From: an uncultured Acidimicrobiales bacterium
GTDB lineage: Bacteria > Actinomycetota > Acidimicrobiia > Acidimicrobiales > UBA10347
Length of the DNA stretch: 64,000 nt
NCBI GenBank assembly: GCA_937941245.1
Contig: CALDYC010000019.1
Location: forward strand, 4,708-68,707
Reading direction: 5' to 3'
Shown: one piece after another, positions 29,886-38,137 of the stretch
Layout of the letters: each line of letters begins with the position of its first letter
How positions within the stretch are numbered: position 1 is the stretch's first letter
Notes under the pieces: model-generated
What the model was told of the DNA's origin: nothing
Seen by the model: only the letters and a program-made list of their open reading frames with translations
Database searches by the model: none
Position numbers and translations under genes: made by a program

Positions 29886-29951
29886 CAGCGATCCGGTAGC
29901 GCCACCATTGTGAACCGTCCACCGCAGCGATGACGGTTACGATCAGATGCG

Positions 29952-30542
29952 ATGGGGGGCGACGCCGATGAAGTACTCGTCGCGGCTGCACAAGCCGGCG
30001 ACCGTGCAGCACTTGACGCGCTGTTGCGCTCGCACCATGACCGAATCTGGACGCTCTGTCGCCGAATAGCGGGCAATGATGCCGATGCTTCAGACGCAAC
30101 CCAAGAGGCGCTTCTGTCAATCGTGCGAGGACTTCCGAAATTCGATGGGCGGGCAAAGTTCTCGACTTGGTCCTACCGGGTTGCCTCAAACGCGTGCCTC
30201 GATGAGCTGCGCCGCCGCAAGCGACGGCCCACACCGTCACTCGTCGACGAACATGACGGCTTCATCGAATCAGTTATGCAGGACGACACGCCACAGCTCG
30301 ACGATCAATACTGTGTCCGCGACGAACTCGAACAAGCCCTCGCTCAGCTTCCTGAAGACTTCCGCGTTCCCGTTCTGCTGCGTGACCAGGGCGGTCTCGA
30401 CTACAGCGAAATTGCCGCAGCGCTCAACCTGGCGCCAGGAACGGTTCGATCGCGCATCTCTCGTGGGCGTTCCAAGCTGGCAGAAATTCTGCGCGACGGG
30501 AACCAAGCCCATCTGTCAGAACGTCAGAAGCGTTTGACATGA
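29952..30542 (+). CDS. ECF (group 4) RNA polymerase sigma factor, SigM-like by context
   Basis: Region 2 is DATQEALLSIVRGLPKFDGRAKFSTWSYRVASNACLDELRRR. Region 4 is DYSEIAAALNLAPGTVRSRISRGRSKL. It is followed by an anti-sigma gene, trxB and trxA, as at the M. tuberculosis sigM locus. Confidence 0.85.
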   Translation: MGGDADEVLVAAAQAGDRAALDALLRSHHDRIWTLCRRIAGNDADASDATQEALLSIVRGLPKFDGRAKFSTWSYRVASNACLDELRRRKRRPTPSLVDEHDGFIESVMQDDTPQLDDQYCVRDELEQALAQLPEDFRVPVLLRDQGGLDYSEIAAALNLAPGTVRSRISRGRSKLAEILRDGNQAHLSERQKRLT

Positions 30543-31696
30543 GTGACGCACGACTGCCCCGCGACGAGCTTGTCTCGGCATATGTCGATGGTGCACTCGC
30601 GCCAGATGATCGGGCGATCGTCGAAGCTGACCCCGCGCTGATGGCCGACGTCGAGATTCAACGGGCGATCGCCGACGCTCTCGCTGCTCCCCGCACCTCT
30701 CCAGCAGCGCTACGCGACGTGCACGTCGCCGCAGCACTAGAAGAGTTCGATACCAAATCCTCGATCGCGGCCGCACCTGCAGATCCAACGCAAGCGAACC
30801 CCACAGGCGCCGATTCAACGAGCCGAGCCAAGCGGGGCAGTCCTGACATACCAGCCGGATCAGACACGGTCGTGGACTTCGCCGAGCAACGCTCAAAGCG
30901 GCGTCCGCTAGTCCGGCGAGGGACCGTGATTGCCGCTGCTGTGGCGATCGTATTCGTGGTGTTCGCAGCGATTGGTTTGTCGGGCGGTTCCGATACCGAC
31001 TTGGCAGACAGCACCGTGCAGGCGTCATTCGAGACATCCGACGCGTCTTCAGATGTCGCCAGTGTTGATGCAAGCACCGATGCCAGCTCCCTCGACAATG
31101 GCAACATCAGCAGTTCCAGCGACAGCAATTCCAGCGACATGAGCGAATCAGACGCTATGGATGATGACTCCGCCATGGATGACAGCGACATGAGCGAATC
31201 AGACATGAGCGAATCAGACATGGAGGAGAGTGATCTACCGAAGATCACACAGGCAGATCCTTTCGAGCCAAGCTCCGACGAAATGTCCGAGGATCTAGAC
31301 GCCGATTCTGAGGCTCCAGCTCTGGTACCCGAACCTACCAATGCCCAGACAAACGCTGGCGGGGGGAACATCGGCACAACAGCTGCCGACGACGCAGCCG
31401 CTGAAGCAGCAAGCACGTTCGAATCCGACTCAGCGCCAACTGATCTTGGACAGTTCGACGACACCGCTGCTCTTATCGATGCGGTCAAGCTGCTGCCGGT
31501 CACTGAACCCGACCTTCCACTCGGTCCGTCGTGCCAGAACGCACTTGACCAACTCAGCATCGACGAGCTGACGACGATCTATGCCCGCGCAACCATCGCA
31601 ACGACTCCCGTCGAAGTGCATCGCCTGCCTGGGACATCAGATTCGTTGATCGTCGAGAGCGACACATGCCTGATCGTGACAACGTTCGAGGACTGA
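30539..31696 (+). CDS. Anti-sigma factor (single TM; hyper-acidic Ser/Asp-rich extracytoplasmic region)
   Basis: 4-nt overlap with the sigma gene. The N-terminus DELVSAYVDGALAPDD is a typical anti-sigma domain start without the zinc motif. TM is VIAAAVAIVFVVFAAIGL, followed by DMSESDMSESDMEESD repeats. Confidence 0.6.
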   Translation: MSDARLPRDELVSAYVDGALAPDDRAIVEADPALMADVEIQRAIADALAAPRTSPAALRDVHVAAALEEFDTKSSIAAAPADPTQANPTGADSTSRAKRGSPDIPAGSDTVVDFAEQRSKRRPLVRRGTVIAAAVAIVFVVFAAIGLSGGSDTDLADSTVQASFETSDASSDVASVDASTDASSLDNGNISSSSDSNSSDMSESDAMDDDSAMDDSDMSESDMSESDMEESDLPKITQADPFEPSSDEMSEDLDADSEAPALVPEPTNAQTNAGGGNIGTTAADDAAAEAASTFESDSAPTDLGQFDDTAALIDAVKLLPVTEPDLPLGPSCQNALDQLSIDELTTIYARATIATTPVEVHRLPGTSDSLIVESDTCLIVTTFED

Positions 31697-31739
31697 CTCC
31701 ATTCGTCAGGCGAAGAAGTGAGCGGTAGGATCGCTCGCC

Positions 31740-32096
31740 ATGGCTGACTCTTCGCTCGCAAACAGCGGATCCAGCGCCTCGACCGAACCGTTTCCGGTAC
31801 CCGGTCTTCCCGAGGACTGGCATCTCAAAGCAACCGAGAAGATCGTCACCGGTGTCGACCAGGTCAAAGTCAAGACTGCGGGGCCTGCAATCGGTATTGC
31901 CCGCAGTGCGGTCTTTGGTCTTCTTGCAGCCATGCTTTCGGTGATAGCCGTGCCGCTCTTTTTGATCGGCATTGTTCGATTGCTGAACACCGTGCTTCCC
32001 GCCGGCGTCTGGCTGGTGTATCTCATTCTCGGGGCATTGTTTCTCGCACTCGGCGGGTTCTTGTGGTCACGGCGCCCTCGCGGCGCCGCATCCTGA
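31740..32096 (+). CDS. Small two-TM membrane protein (actinobacterial Holin-X / holin 3_6-like; tentative)
   Basis: 118 aa with an amphipathic N-terminal region and two TMs (AVFGLLAAMLSVIAVPLFLIGIV; VWLVYLILGALFLALGGFLW). Family call is by resemblance only. Confidence 0.45.
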   Translation: MADSSLANSGSSASTEPFPVPGLPEDWHLKATEKIVTGVDQVKVKTAGPAIGIARSAVFGLLAAMLSVIAVPLFLIGIVRLLNTVLPAGVWLVYLILGALFLALGGFLWSRRPRGAAS

Positions 32097-32208
32097 ACCA
32101 CACAGCAATCCTGCTGAACCACACAGCATTCCTTACCCGACCCCACTACTCCCCCGTCGCCGGATTCACCGGTGATGAGCCGCCACTACGCGACCAAAGG
32201 ACATCACT

Positions 32209-33171
32209 ATGAGCACTGCACACCACGAGGTCATCATTATCGGGTCGGGTCCGGCCGGCTTGACCGCAGCGATTTACGCCGCTCGGGCTCAGCTCGCTCC
32301 CTTAGTAATCGAAGGAGAACCTTCCTCCACGAGTGATCAACCGGGCGGCCAGCTCATGTTGACCACCGATGTCGAGAACTATCCCGGGTTCCCCGAGGGA
32401 ATCATGGGTCCCGAGCTCATGGATCATTTTCGATCGCAGGCTCAACGGTTTGGCGCAACTTCCCTAGTGCGCAAGGTCGCCAAGGTCGATTTCTCGGCTC
32501 AACCACATCGGATCTGGATCGACGACGACAACAAACCTGAACCAGACTTCACAGCCACCGCGGTCATCATCGCGACGGGCGCTCAGTCTCTCATGCTTGG
32601 GCTTCCAAACGAGGCCGAACTCATCGGCCACGGCCTGAGTACATGTGCCACCTGTGATGGTTTCTTCTTCCGCGACCAAGAGATCGCTGTCGTCGGCGGC
32701 GGTGATTCCGCTCTGGAAGAAGCCATGTTCCTGACTCGGTTCGCATCGAAGGTCAAGCTCCTCGTTCGTCGTGACGAACTACGAGCGTCCAAAATCATGC
32801 AGGAGCGTGCCTTCGCTAACGACAAGATCGAAATCGTGTGGAACACCGTCGTGACTGGCTATCTCGGAGACGGCAAGCTGACCGGAGTTTCCACGAGCAA
32901 TACAATCACCGGCGAGACTGCCGAGTTGGCACTTAGTGGTCTGTTCATAGCGATCGGCCACAAGCCGTCGACCTCGTTGTTCACAGATCAGCTTGAGCTC
33001 AAACCGAACGGGTATCTCGTCACCGAGCCTGATTCGACGCGTACCGCCATTGCCGGTGTGTTTGCCTGCGGCGATGTCGTCGATGACTATTACCGCCAAG
33101 CCATTACTGCCGCCGGTTCAGGGTGCCAAGCCGCGATCGATGCCGAGCGCTGGCTCGAATCTCTCGACTAG
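32209..33171 (+). CDS. trxB: Thioredoxin-disulfide reductase
   Basis: IIGSGPAGLTAAIYAAR, redox-active CATCDG, and the GGGDSA NADPH site. Confidence 0.95.
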   Translation: MSTAHHEVIIIGSGPAGLTAAIYAARAQLAPLVIEGEPSSTSDQPGGQLMLTTDVENYPGFPEGIMGPELMDHFRSQAQRFGATSLVRKVAKVDFSAQPHRIWIDDDNKPEPDFTATAVIIATGAQSLMLGLPNEAELIGHGLSTCATCDGFFFRDQEIAVVGGGDSALEEAMFLTRFASKVKLLVRRDELRASKIMQERAFANDKIEIVWNTVVTGYLGDGKLTGVSTSNTITGETAELALSGLFIAIGHKPSTSLFTDQLELKPNGYLVTEPDSTRTAIAGVFACGDVVDDYYRQAITAAGSGCQAAIDAERWLESLD

Positions 33172-33391
33172 CGCTTGACCTCGGCGCTGTTGATACCGCG
33201 CCGGAATAGAGCCCGGTTGCTGTGAGTTTCCTCAGTAGTAGCAATCGTCATCGCTCGTACCACCAACCATGTCGACCATCGAAATTGATGGCTACGCCAA
33301 CCACCGCTCTACCAATGACCGATGTGTAGCTCCGGTCAAACCGACTAGGTTTGCGAATCGCAGCCCGCATCACCCCTACAAGGAGATCCTC

Positions 33392-33718
33392 GTGTCAGAC
33401 AAAATCGCCAATGTCACTGCCGAAACATTCGATGAAATCGTCGGTGCAGCCGATGGTCCGGTCCTGGTTGATTTTTGGGCTGAATGGTGCGGACCATGCA
33501 AAATGATTGCGCCAATTCTCGATGAGATCGCCGCCGAGCACGAGGGTTCAATTTCCATTGCCAAGGTCAATGTCGACGAAGCTGGAGAACTTGCCCAACG
33601 CTTCGAAGTCATGAGCATCCCTACGCTCATCGTGTTCACGAATGGCGAGCCGGCCAAGAAGATGGTCGGCGCCTCTGGCAAAGCGAAACTGCTCGAGGAT
33701 CTTGCAGAATTCATCTAG
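33392..33718 (+). CDS. trxA: Thioredoxin
   Basis: GTG start 6 nt after AAGGAG. VLVDFWAEWCGPCKMIAP active site. 108 aa. Confidence 0.9.
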   Translation: MSDKIANVTAETFDEIVGAADGPVLVDFWAEWCGPCKMIAPILDEIAAEHEGSISIAKVNVDEAGELAQRFEVMSIPTLIVFTNGEPAKKMVGASGKAKLLEDLAEFI

Positions 33719-33941
33719 AAACGGCTGCTTGCCGTAAGTGTTGACCTTGTGTTCAGCCGCGGCCCCCTGTGGGAAGCTGGCAAAGTTTCTCACAGCTTTG
33801 TGCACAAGCTGTGTAAACCCGAGAACTAGCTGAATGTAAACTACAGGTTCATAGTTCTACACCGTAAGTTTTGCTTCATCTATGCAGGTATGCACATTGT
33901 CTGCACACGGCCGAGCGTTCGTGATGTAGGCAGGTCGTCGG

Positions 33942-34850
33942 CTATTCACTGCCCATCAGGCCATAGATGCGTTCCAGGTCGTCGATGTCTGCAAAACTGA
34001 TCTGGACCGTTCCATTTCCTGATCCCATGCGGATGACGACTTTTGTCGAGAAATGATCTTCTAACAAGTCTTCGAGTTCTAGCAACGCAGCCGGCTTGGT
34101 GGCCCCAATCGGACCTGATGTACCCTGTCCTGCCGGTGTATCCGCGGAAGTTTCGTTGGGATCGCTCTCGAGGTCGCTGTCAGATTCGACTTCTCCACGA
34201 GCCAGCGCTTCGAGTGCACGTACGCTCAAACCTTCGGCAATAACCTGCTTCGCCAGTGCATCCCGTTCGCCAGCGTCAACACTCACCAACACCCGTCCGT
34301 GACCAGCGGTCAACGTGCCTTCGATGATGTGACGTTGCAAGCCGTCGGGCAGGGTTAACAAGCGCAACGCGTTGGCGATGGCTGGTCTTGATCGTCCGAC
34401 CCGTTTGGCGACTTGGTCTTGAGTGAGCGAGAACTCTTCGATGAGCTGCTTGAATGCCGCCGCTTCTTCAATGGCATTGAGTTCAGCTCGTTGAACATTC
34501 TCGACGATTGCATGGGCAAGCGATGTTTCATCATCGACATTTCGAATGACTGCAGGTATGCGGTCTAACCCGGCCCGTGTCGCGGCTCGCCAACGGCGTT
34601 CACCGGCGATCAACTCGAATGTGTCATCGCCTCGATCTCGCACCAAAATCGGTTGAAGCACACCCAGTTCGCGTATTGATGAGGTCAATGAGACGAGATC
34701 TTCTTCATCGAAGTGACGTCGTGGTTGGAACGTGTTGGGAACAATTGATCCAACCGGCAGTTCACGCAGTGGACCGCCGATCTCTTTCGGTTCAGACGGG
34801 ATGAGTGACCCGAGGCCCTTTCCAAGACCTCCCTGTCGCGCCTTATTCAT
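33942..34850 (-). CDS. parB: Chromosome partitioning protein ParB
   Basis: GLGKGLGSLIP, NTFQPRRHFD, LIAGERRWRAATRAGL. Confidence 0.95.
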   Translation of the reverse strand: MNKARQGGLGKGLGSLIPSEPKEIGGPLRELPVGSIVPNTFQPRRHFDEEDLVSLTSSIRELGVLQPILVRDRGDDTFELIAGERRWRAATRAGLDRIPAVIRNVDDETSLAHAIVENVQRAELNAIEEAAAFKQLIEEFSLTQDQVAKRVGRSRPAIANALRLLTLPDGLQRHIIEGTLTAGHGRVLVSVDAGERDALAKQVIAEGLSVRALEALARGEVESDSDLESDPNETSADTPAGQGTSGPIGATKPAALLELEDLLEDHFSTKVVIRMGSGNGTVQISFADIDDLERIYGLMGSE

Positions 34851-35899
34851 CGCACTACCTCTGTTGCTACCGCTCGATAAGCCTGCGCACCCCGAGATTC
34901 ACTGTCAAATGTCGTTATTGGTTGACCAAACGACGGAGCTTCGGACAATCGCACTGTTCGAGGTATCACGTTGTCGCACACCGTGTCACCAAAGTGACCT
35001 CGAACTTCATCGACTACTTGACCGGCCAATTTCGTCCGAGGATCGAACATCACCAACACAATGTGGCTGATCTCGAGAGCCGGGTTCAGATTGGACTTGA
35101 CGAGCTCCACATTCCTCATCAGTTGACCTAACCCCTCAAGCGCGTAGTACTCACATTGGATGGGTACCAGTACTTCCTTCGCTGCGGTCAGTGCGTTGAC
35201 CGTAAGTAGCCCCAATGACGGAGGACAATCGATCAAGACATAGTCGTAGTCGTCAATCACTGCTTCGATCGCCAACCTCAATCGGTGCTCGCGACTCATC
35301 GCCGGCACCAACTCGATCTCGGCACCTGCAAGATCCAAAGAACTTGGCAGAACGAAGAGATTTTTCACCTCTGTCGGTTCAATACATGTCACCGGATCAA
35401 CATCACGAAGCATTACGTGATAGATCGAATGCTCGAGTTCTCGTGGTTCGAGCCCCAAACCGGTCGATGCATTGGCTTGGGGGTCAAGGTCTACAAGTAA
35501 GGTCCGATACCCGAGTTCTGCAATGCAGGCCGCCAGGTTGACGGTGGTTGTGGTCTTGCCCACGCCACCTTTTTGATTGGCGACAGCAATGACACGGGGG
35601 AGTGACCGTCTTGGCGACGGTTCTTCGGTGACTTCGACTGCCACCACCCCGTGATCCGATGGAGAACCCGTTGAATCTGCTATGGACTGGGTTGGGGTCG
35701 TCGACACGACCGAACCGTTGCCTTCCAAAGCAGGGCTGGACGCTTGACGCGTATCAGGAAACCCGATACCGGGCGTCGTTGAGCCAGTGTTGGAGGCCTG
35801 TTCATCACGCATGCCCCACCATGCTACTCGCGCCCCACTATCAACATCGGCATTTCTTGCAGGATTTCTCTGTTCGGACGAATCCTGACACCCGACCAC
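34847..35899 (-). CDS. parA: Chromosome partitioning ATPase ParA/Soj (N-terminal boundary uncertain)
   Basis: Deviant Walker A: VIAVANQKGGVGKTTTTVNLAA. The first ~30 codons use A/T-ending codons, and parS-1 lies only 15 nt upstream of ATG 35899. ATG 35812 (MRDEQ) is therefore a plausible alternative start. Confidence 0.88.
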   Translation of the reverse strand: MVGCQDSSEQRNPARNADVDSGARVAWWGMRDEQASNTGSTTPGIGFPDTRQASSPALEGNGSVVSTTPTQSIADSTGSPSDHGVVAVEVTEEPSPRRSLPRVIAVANQKGGVGKTTTTVNLAACIAELGYRTLLVDLDPQANASTGLGLEPRELEHSIYHVMLRDVDPVTCIEPTEVKNLFVLPSSLDLAGAEIELVPAMSREHRLRLAIEAVIDDYDYVLIDCPPSLGLLTVNALTAAKEVLVPIQCEYYALEGLGQLMRNVELVKSNLNPALEISHIVLVMFDPRTKLAGQVVDEVRGHFGDTVCDNVIPRTVRLSEAPSFGQPITTFDSESRGAQAYRAVATEVVR

Positions 35900-35913
35900 C
35901 AGGGATCTACCAG

Positions 35914-35929
35914 TGTTTCACGTGAAACA
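35914..35929. promoter_or_regulatory. parS site 1 (perfect consensus tGTTTCACGTGAAACa)
   Basis: tgtttcacgtgaaaca is an exact 16-bp palindrome identical to the canonical ParB-binding site. Confidence 0.9.
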
Positions 35930-35992
35930 ACCTCTATCTAGCCGACGAGTTGGTGGCAAGGGATCTATTCCCTTGGCACGTGCCCTGTTCCG

Positions 35993-36008
35993 TGTTTCAC
36001 GTGGAACA
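35993..36008. promoter_or_regulatory. parS site 2 (1 mismatch)
   Basis: tgtttcacgtggaaca. Confidence 0.8.
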
Positions 36009-36011
36009 ATG

Positions 36012-36027
36012 GGTTTCACGTGGAACA
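36012..36027. promoter_or_regulatory. parS site 3 (2 mismatches)
   Basis: ggtttcacgtggaaca, 3 nt after site 2. Confidence 0.65.
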
Positions 36028-36365
36028 CTAGTTGGCGAAACACTCGGGCACAGAAGTACGTGAACAGTGGTGGAGGAGCAGGAGCAGCAGGGTGGGAACA
36101 GCAAAGCAGGAACAGTGGTGTACAAACACACTCCTGCTGGGACCTCAGGCCTGCTAACACCTCTGGGGTCAGAAGTGTCTCGGTAACCGTGCGGGGTGTG
36201 GTGATACCGAAGATGCCACATCGCAGAACCGACATCACCCCAACTTGTTTGTGGTCAGAGCGCAGCTACACCGCTCTGATACGCCACTTCACCACGCCAT
36301 CGCTGCTGCTGGAAGAACCAAGCTGAAACGGCGATCTCTCAACGCAGGGCAGCCAACCACGTCGC

Positions 36366-36381
36366 TGTTCCACGTGAAACA
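36366..36381. promoter_or_regulatory. parS site 4 (1 mismatch)
   Basis: tgttccacgtgaaaca, 20 nt downstream of the rsmG stop. Confidence 0.8.
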
Positions 36382-36401
36382 ATACCGCGGCCGACTGCTG
36401 C

Positions 36402-37040
36402 TCATGACTCGTGTATCCACCCACGATTCTTTCGTGGTGGTAGGCGGGGTATGTCTGCGCCCACCTCTGTGATCTTCGGAGTCACAGAAATACGCCCCGA
36501 TGGATATTCAAAAATCTCGGTGGTTCCGAGTCCGAACCCGGTGAGTCCTGCTTCCGGCCAACGGTCGTCGTCGGTGGTCGGAGGTTCCGCAACCAAGAGA
36601 TGTCCTCCTGTTCGGAGCAGGCCCGCTCCACACTCTGCGGTGAGGCTCGGTGGACCAAACGACCGGGAAACGACAACATCACATTTCTCTCGCAGTTCCG
36701 TGTGTGCAACTCGCTGCGCCGCTTCGGCCGCGACCGTGACACGATCTGCGAGATCTAACCGATGAATCGCCCGTTCTACCTCGGCCGCTCTGCCAGCTCG
36801 CATTTCAATAAGCGTCCATTGACTGCCAGGAAACTCCAGCGCCAATATCAACCCTGGAAGGCCCCCACCTGTCCCCAAATCAGCACCCGAAAACGAGCTC
36901 GACGGCTCCTGCATTGCAGCAAGAGCCGTCGAGAACCGTAGACAATGTTGCAGCTGCTCGTCGAGCTCGCCGCCAATCATGCCCAAGCGGTGGGGACGTT
37001 CGAGCGCAGCCATCAGCTGCTGCTCAACGTCGGGAGTCAT
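36402..37040 (-). CDS. rsmG: 16S rRNA (guanine527-N7)-methyltransferase RsmG (GidB)
   Basis: SAM motif ADLGTGGGLPGLILA. Conserved position between jag and parA. Confidence 0.9.
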   Translation of the reverse strand: MTPDVEQQLMAALERPHRLGMIGGELDEQLQHCLRFSTALAAMQEPSSSFSGADLGTGGGLPGLILALEFPGSQWTLIEMRAGRAAEVERAIHRLDLADRVTVAAEAAQRVAHTELREKCDVVVSRSFGPPSLTAECGAGLLRTGGHLLVAEPPTTDDDRWPEAGLTGFGLGTTEIFEYPSGRISVTPKITEVGADIPRLPPRKNRGWIHES

Positions 37041-38131
37041 TCTTCTTCGTCAGTCCCGAGTGGGAGAATCACAATGTAACGGCGTGGATCGCGACCTTCA
37101 GACATCGTTTCAACGCCAGCGACCTCTCCGACAGCGTCGTGAATCAGCTTGCGGTCTGCTGCGCCCATTGGCTCCATGGCGACGCTCTCGCCTGAGTCAG
37201 CGACTCGTTGCGCTGTTTCAGTGGCAAAGCGGGCCAACGCTTCACGACGCCGAACACGGTGATCATCGACGTCAACCTGAATGCGGTGATAACGACGACC
37301 ATCGGCTGCACGATGCATAGCGGTGCGTGCCAATTCTTCAAAAGCCTGCAAGGTGGCAGCCTTCTTGCCAATGAGGCGTCCGAGGTCTCCACCGTTGACC
37401 TTTGCAGTCAATGTGGTCTCTTCCTCAACCAGCGTCACCTTCGCTGCAGTGTCGAAACTCTTCGCTACGCCCGTGACAAACGCCTCGAGGGTGCTGCGTT
37501 GCTCATCTACTGGCATCTCGACCCGGTCTTCGCGGTCTGGACGATCATTTCGGTCGTTTCCGCGTCCGCGTCCACCGGATCGACCACCAGAAGCAGCAGC
37601 GGCAGCGGCAACTGGAGCACCACTGCGCCCACCACCACTGCGCCCACCACCATTGCGGCCGGAGCCACTGCGTCCACTCGTGTTGTCGTCACGCCCACCG
37701 CGGTTTGAGTCGTTGTTCGACTTAGACGAACCTGCATCATTGCGGTTGTTTTGCTTACCTGACTGGTTCGAGGCCTTCTGTTTGGTTCTATCTCGGCCAC
37801 CGGAGCTCGAACCGCCGCTTTGGCTTTGCTTTCCTTGGCTGGAATTGCCGCCACGGTTGTTTCCGCCGCGATTGTTGCCGCCACGCCCATCACGACTATC
37901 GCCGCCACGGCCACGGTTGCTATTGCCGCCGCGACGTTCGTCTTTCGCCGGGGGAGCCTTGGGCTTGATGCGAGCTCGAACCCGTGCTTCAGACTTCACC
38001 CGACCAAATAGGCCAGTCTTGCCTTCTTCAAGTACCTGCACTTCAGCATCGGCGCTGTCGACGCCGAGCAGATCCAAGGCTCGAGATTGTGCCTCATCCA
38101 CGGTTGTGGCGGTAGTGACTATCCAGTCCAT
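37037..38131 (-). CDS. jag: Jag/KhpB-type RNA-binding protein (Jag_N + KH + R3H) with a long RGG/N/S-rich insert
   Basis: The N-terminus TVDEAQSRALDLLGV...VQVLEEG is Jag_N-like. The C-terminal KH/R3H region includes RYHRIQVDVDDHRVRRREAL...MEPMGAADRKLIHDAV...SEGRDPRRYIVI. Conserved position downstream of yidC. Confidence 0.85.
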   Translation of the reverse strand: MDWIVTTATTVDEAQSRALDLLGVDSADAEVQVLEEGKTGLFGRVKSEARVRARIKPKAPPAKDERRGGNSNRGRGGDSRDGRGGNNRGGNNRGGNSSQGKQSQSGGSSSGGRDRTKQKASNQSGKQNNRNDAGSSKSNNDSNRGGRDDNTSGRSGSGRNGGGRSGGGRSGAPVAAAAAASGGRSGGRGRGNDRNDRPDREDRVEMPVDEQRSTLEAFVTGVAKSFDTAAKVTLVEEETTLTAKVNGGDLGRLIGKKAATLQAFEELARTAMHRAADGRRYHRIQVDVDDHRVRRREALARFATETAQRVADSGESVAMEPMGAADRKLIHDAVGEVAGVETMSEGRDPRRYIVILPLGTDEEE

Positions 38132-38137
38132 CTGTTC

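Noticed and set aside
29912-29938. ECF-type autoregulatory promoter (GAAC...GTT) upstream of the SigM-like gene.
   Set aside because: The spacer between the elements is about 19-20 nt, longer than the 16-17 nt typical of ECF promoters. I mention it only as a hint inside a finding and do not report it as a feature.
35913-36326. 137-aa plus-strand ORF and 106-aa minus-strand ORF in the rsmG-parA gap.
   Set aside because: No GC3 bias. The translations are low-complexity and span the parS palindromes. I interpret the region as a non-coding centromere and promoter region.
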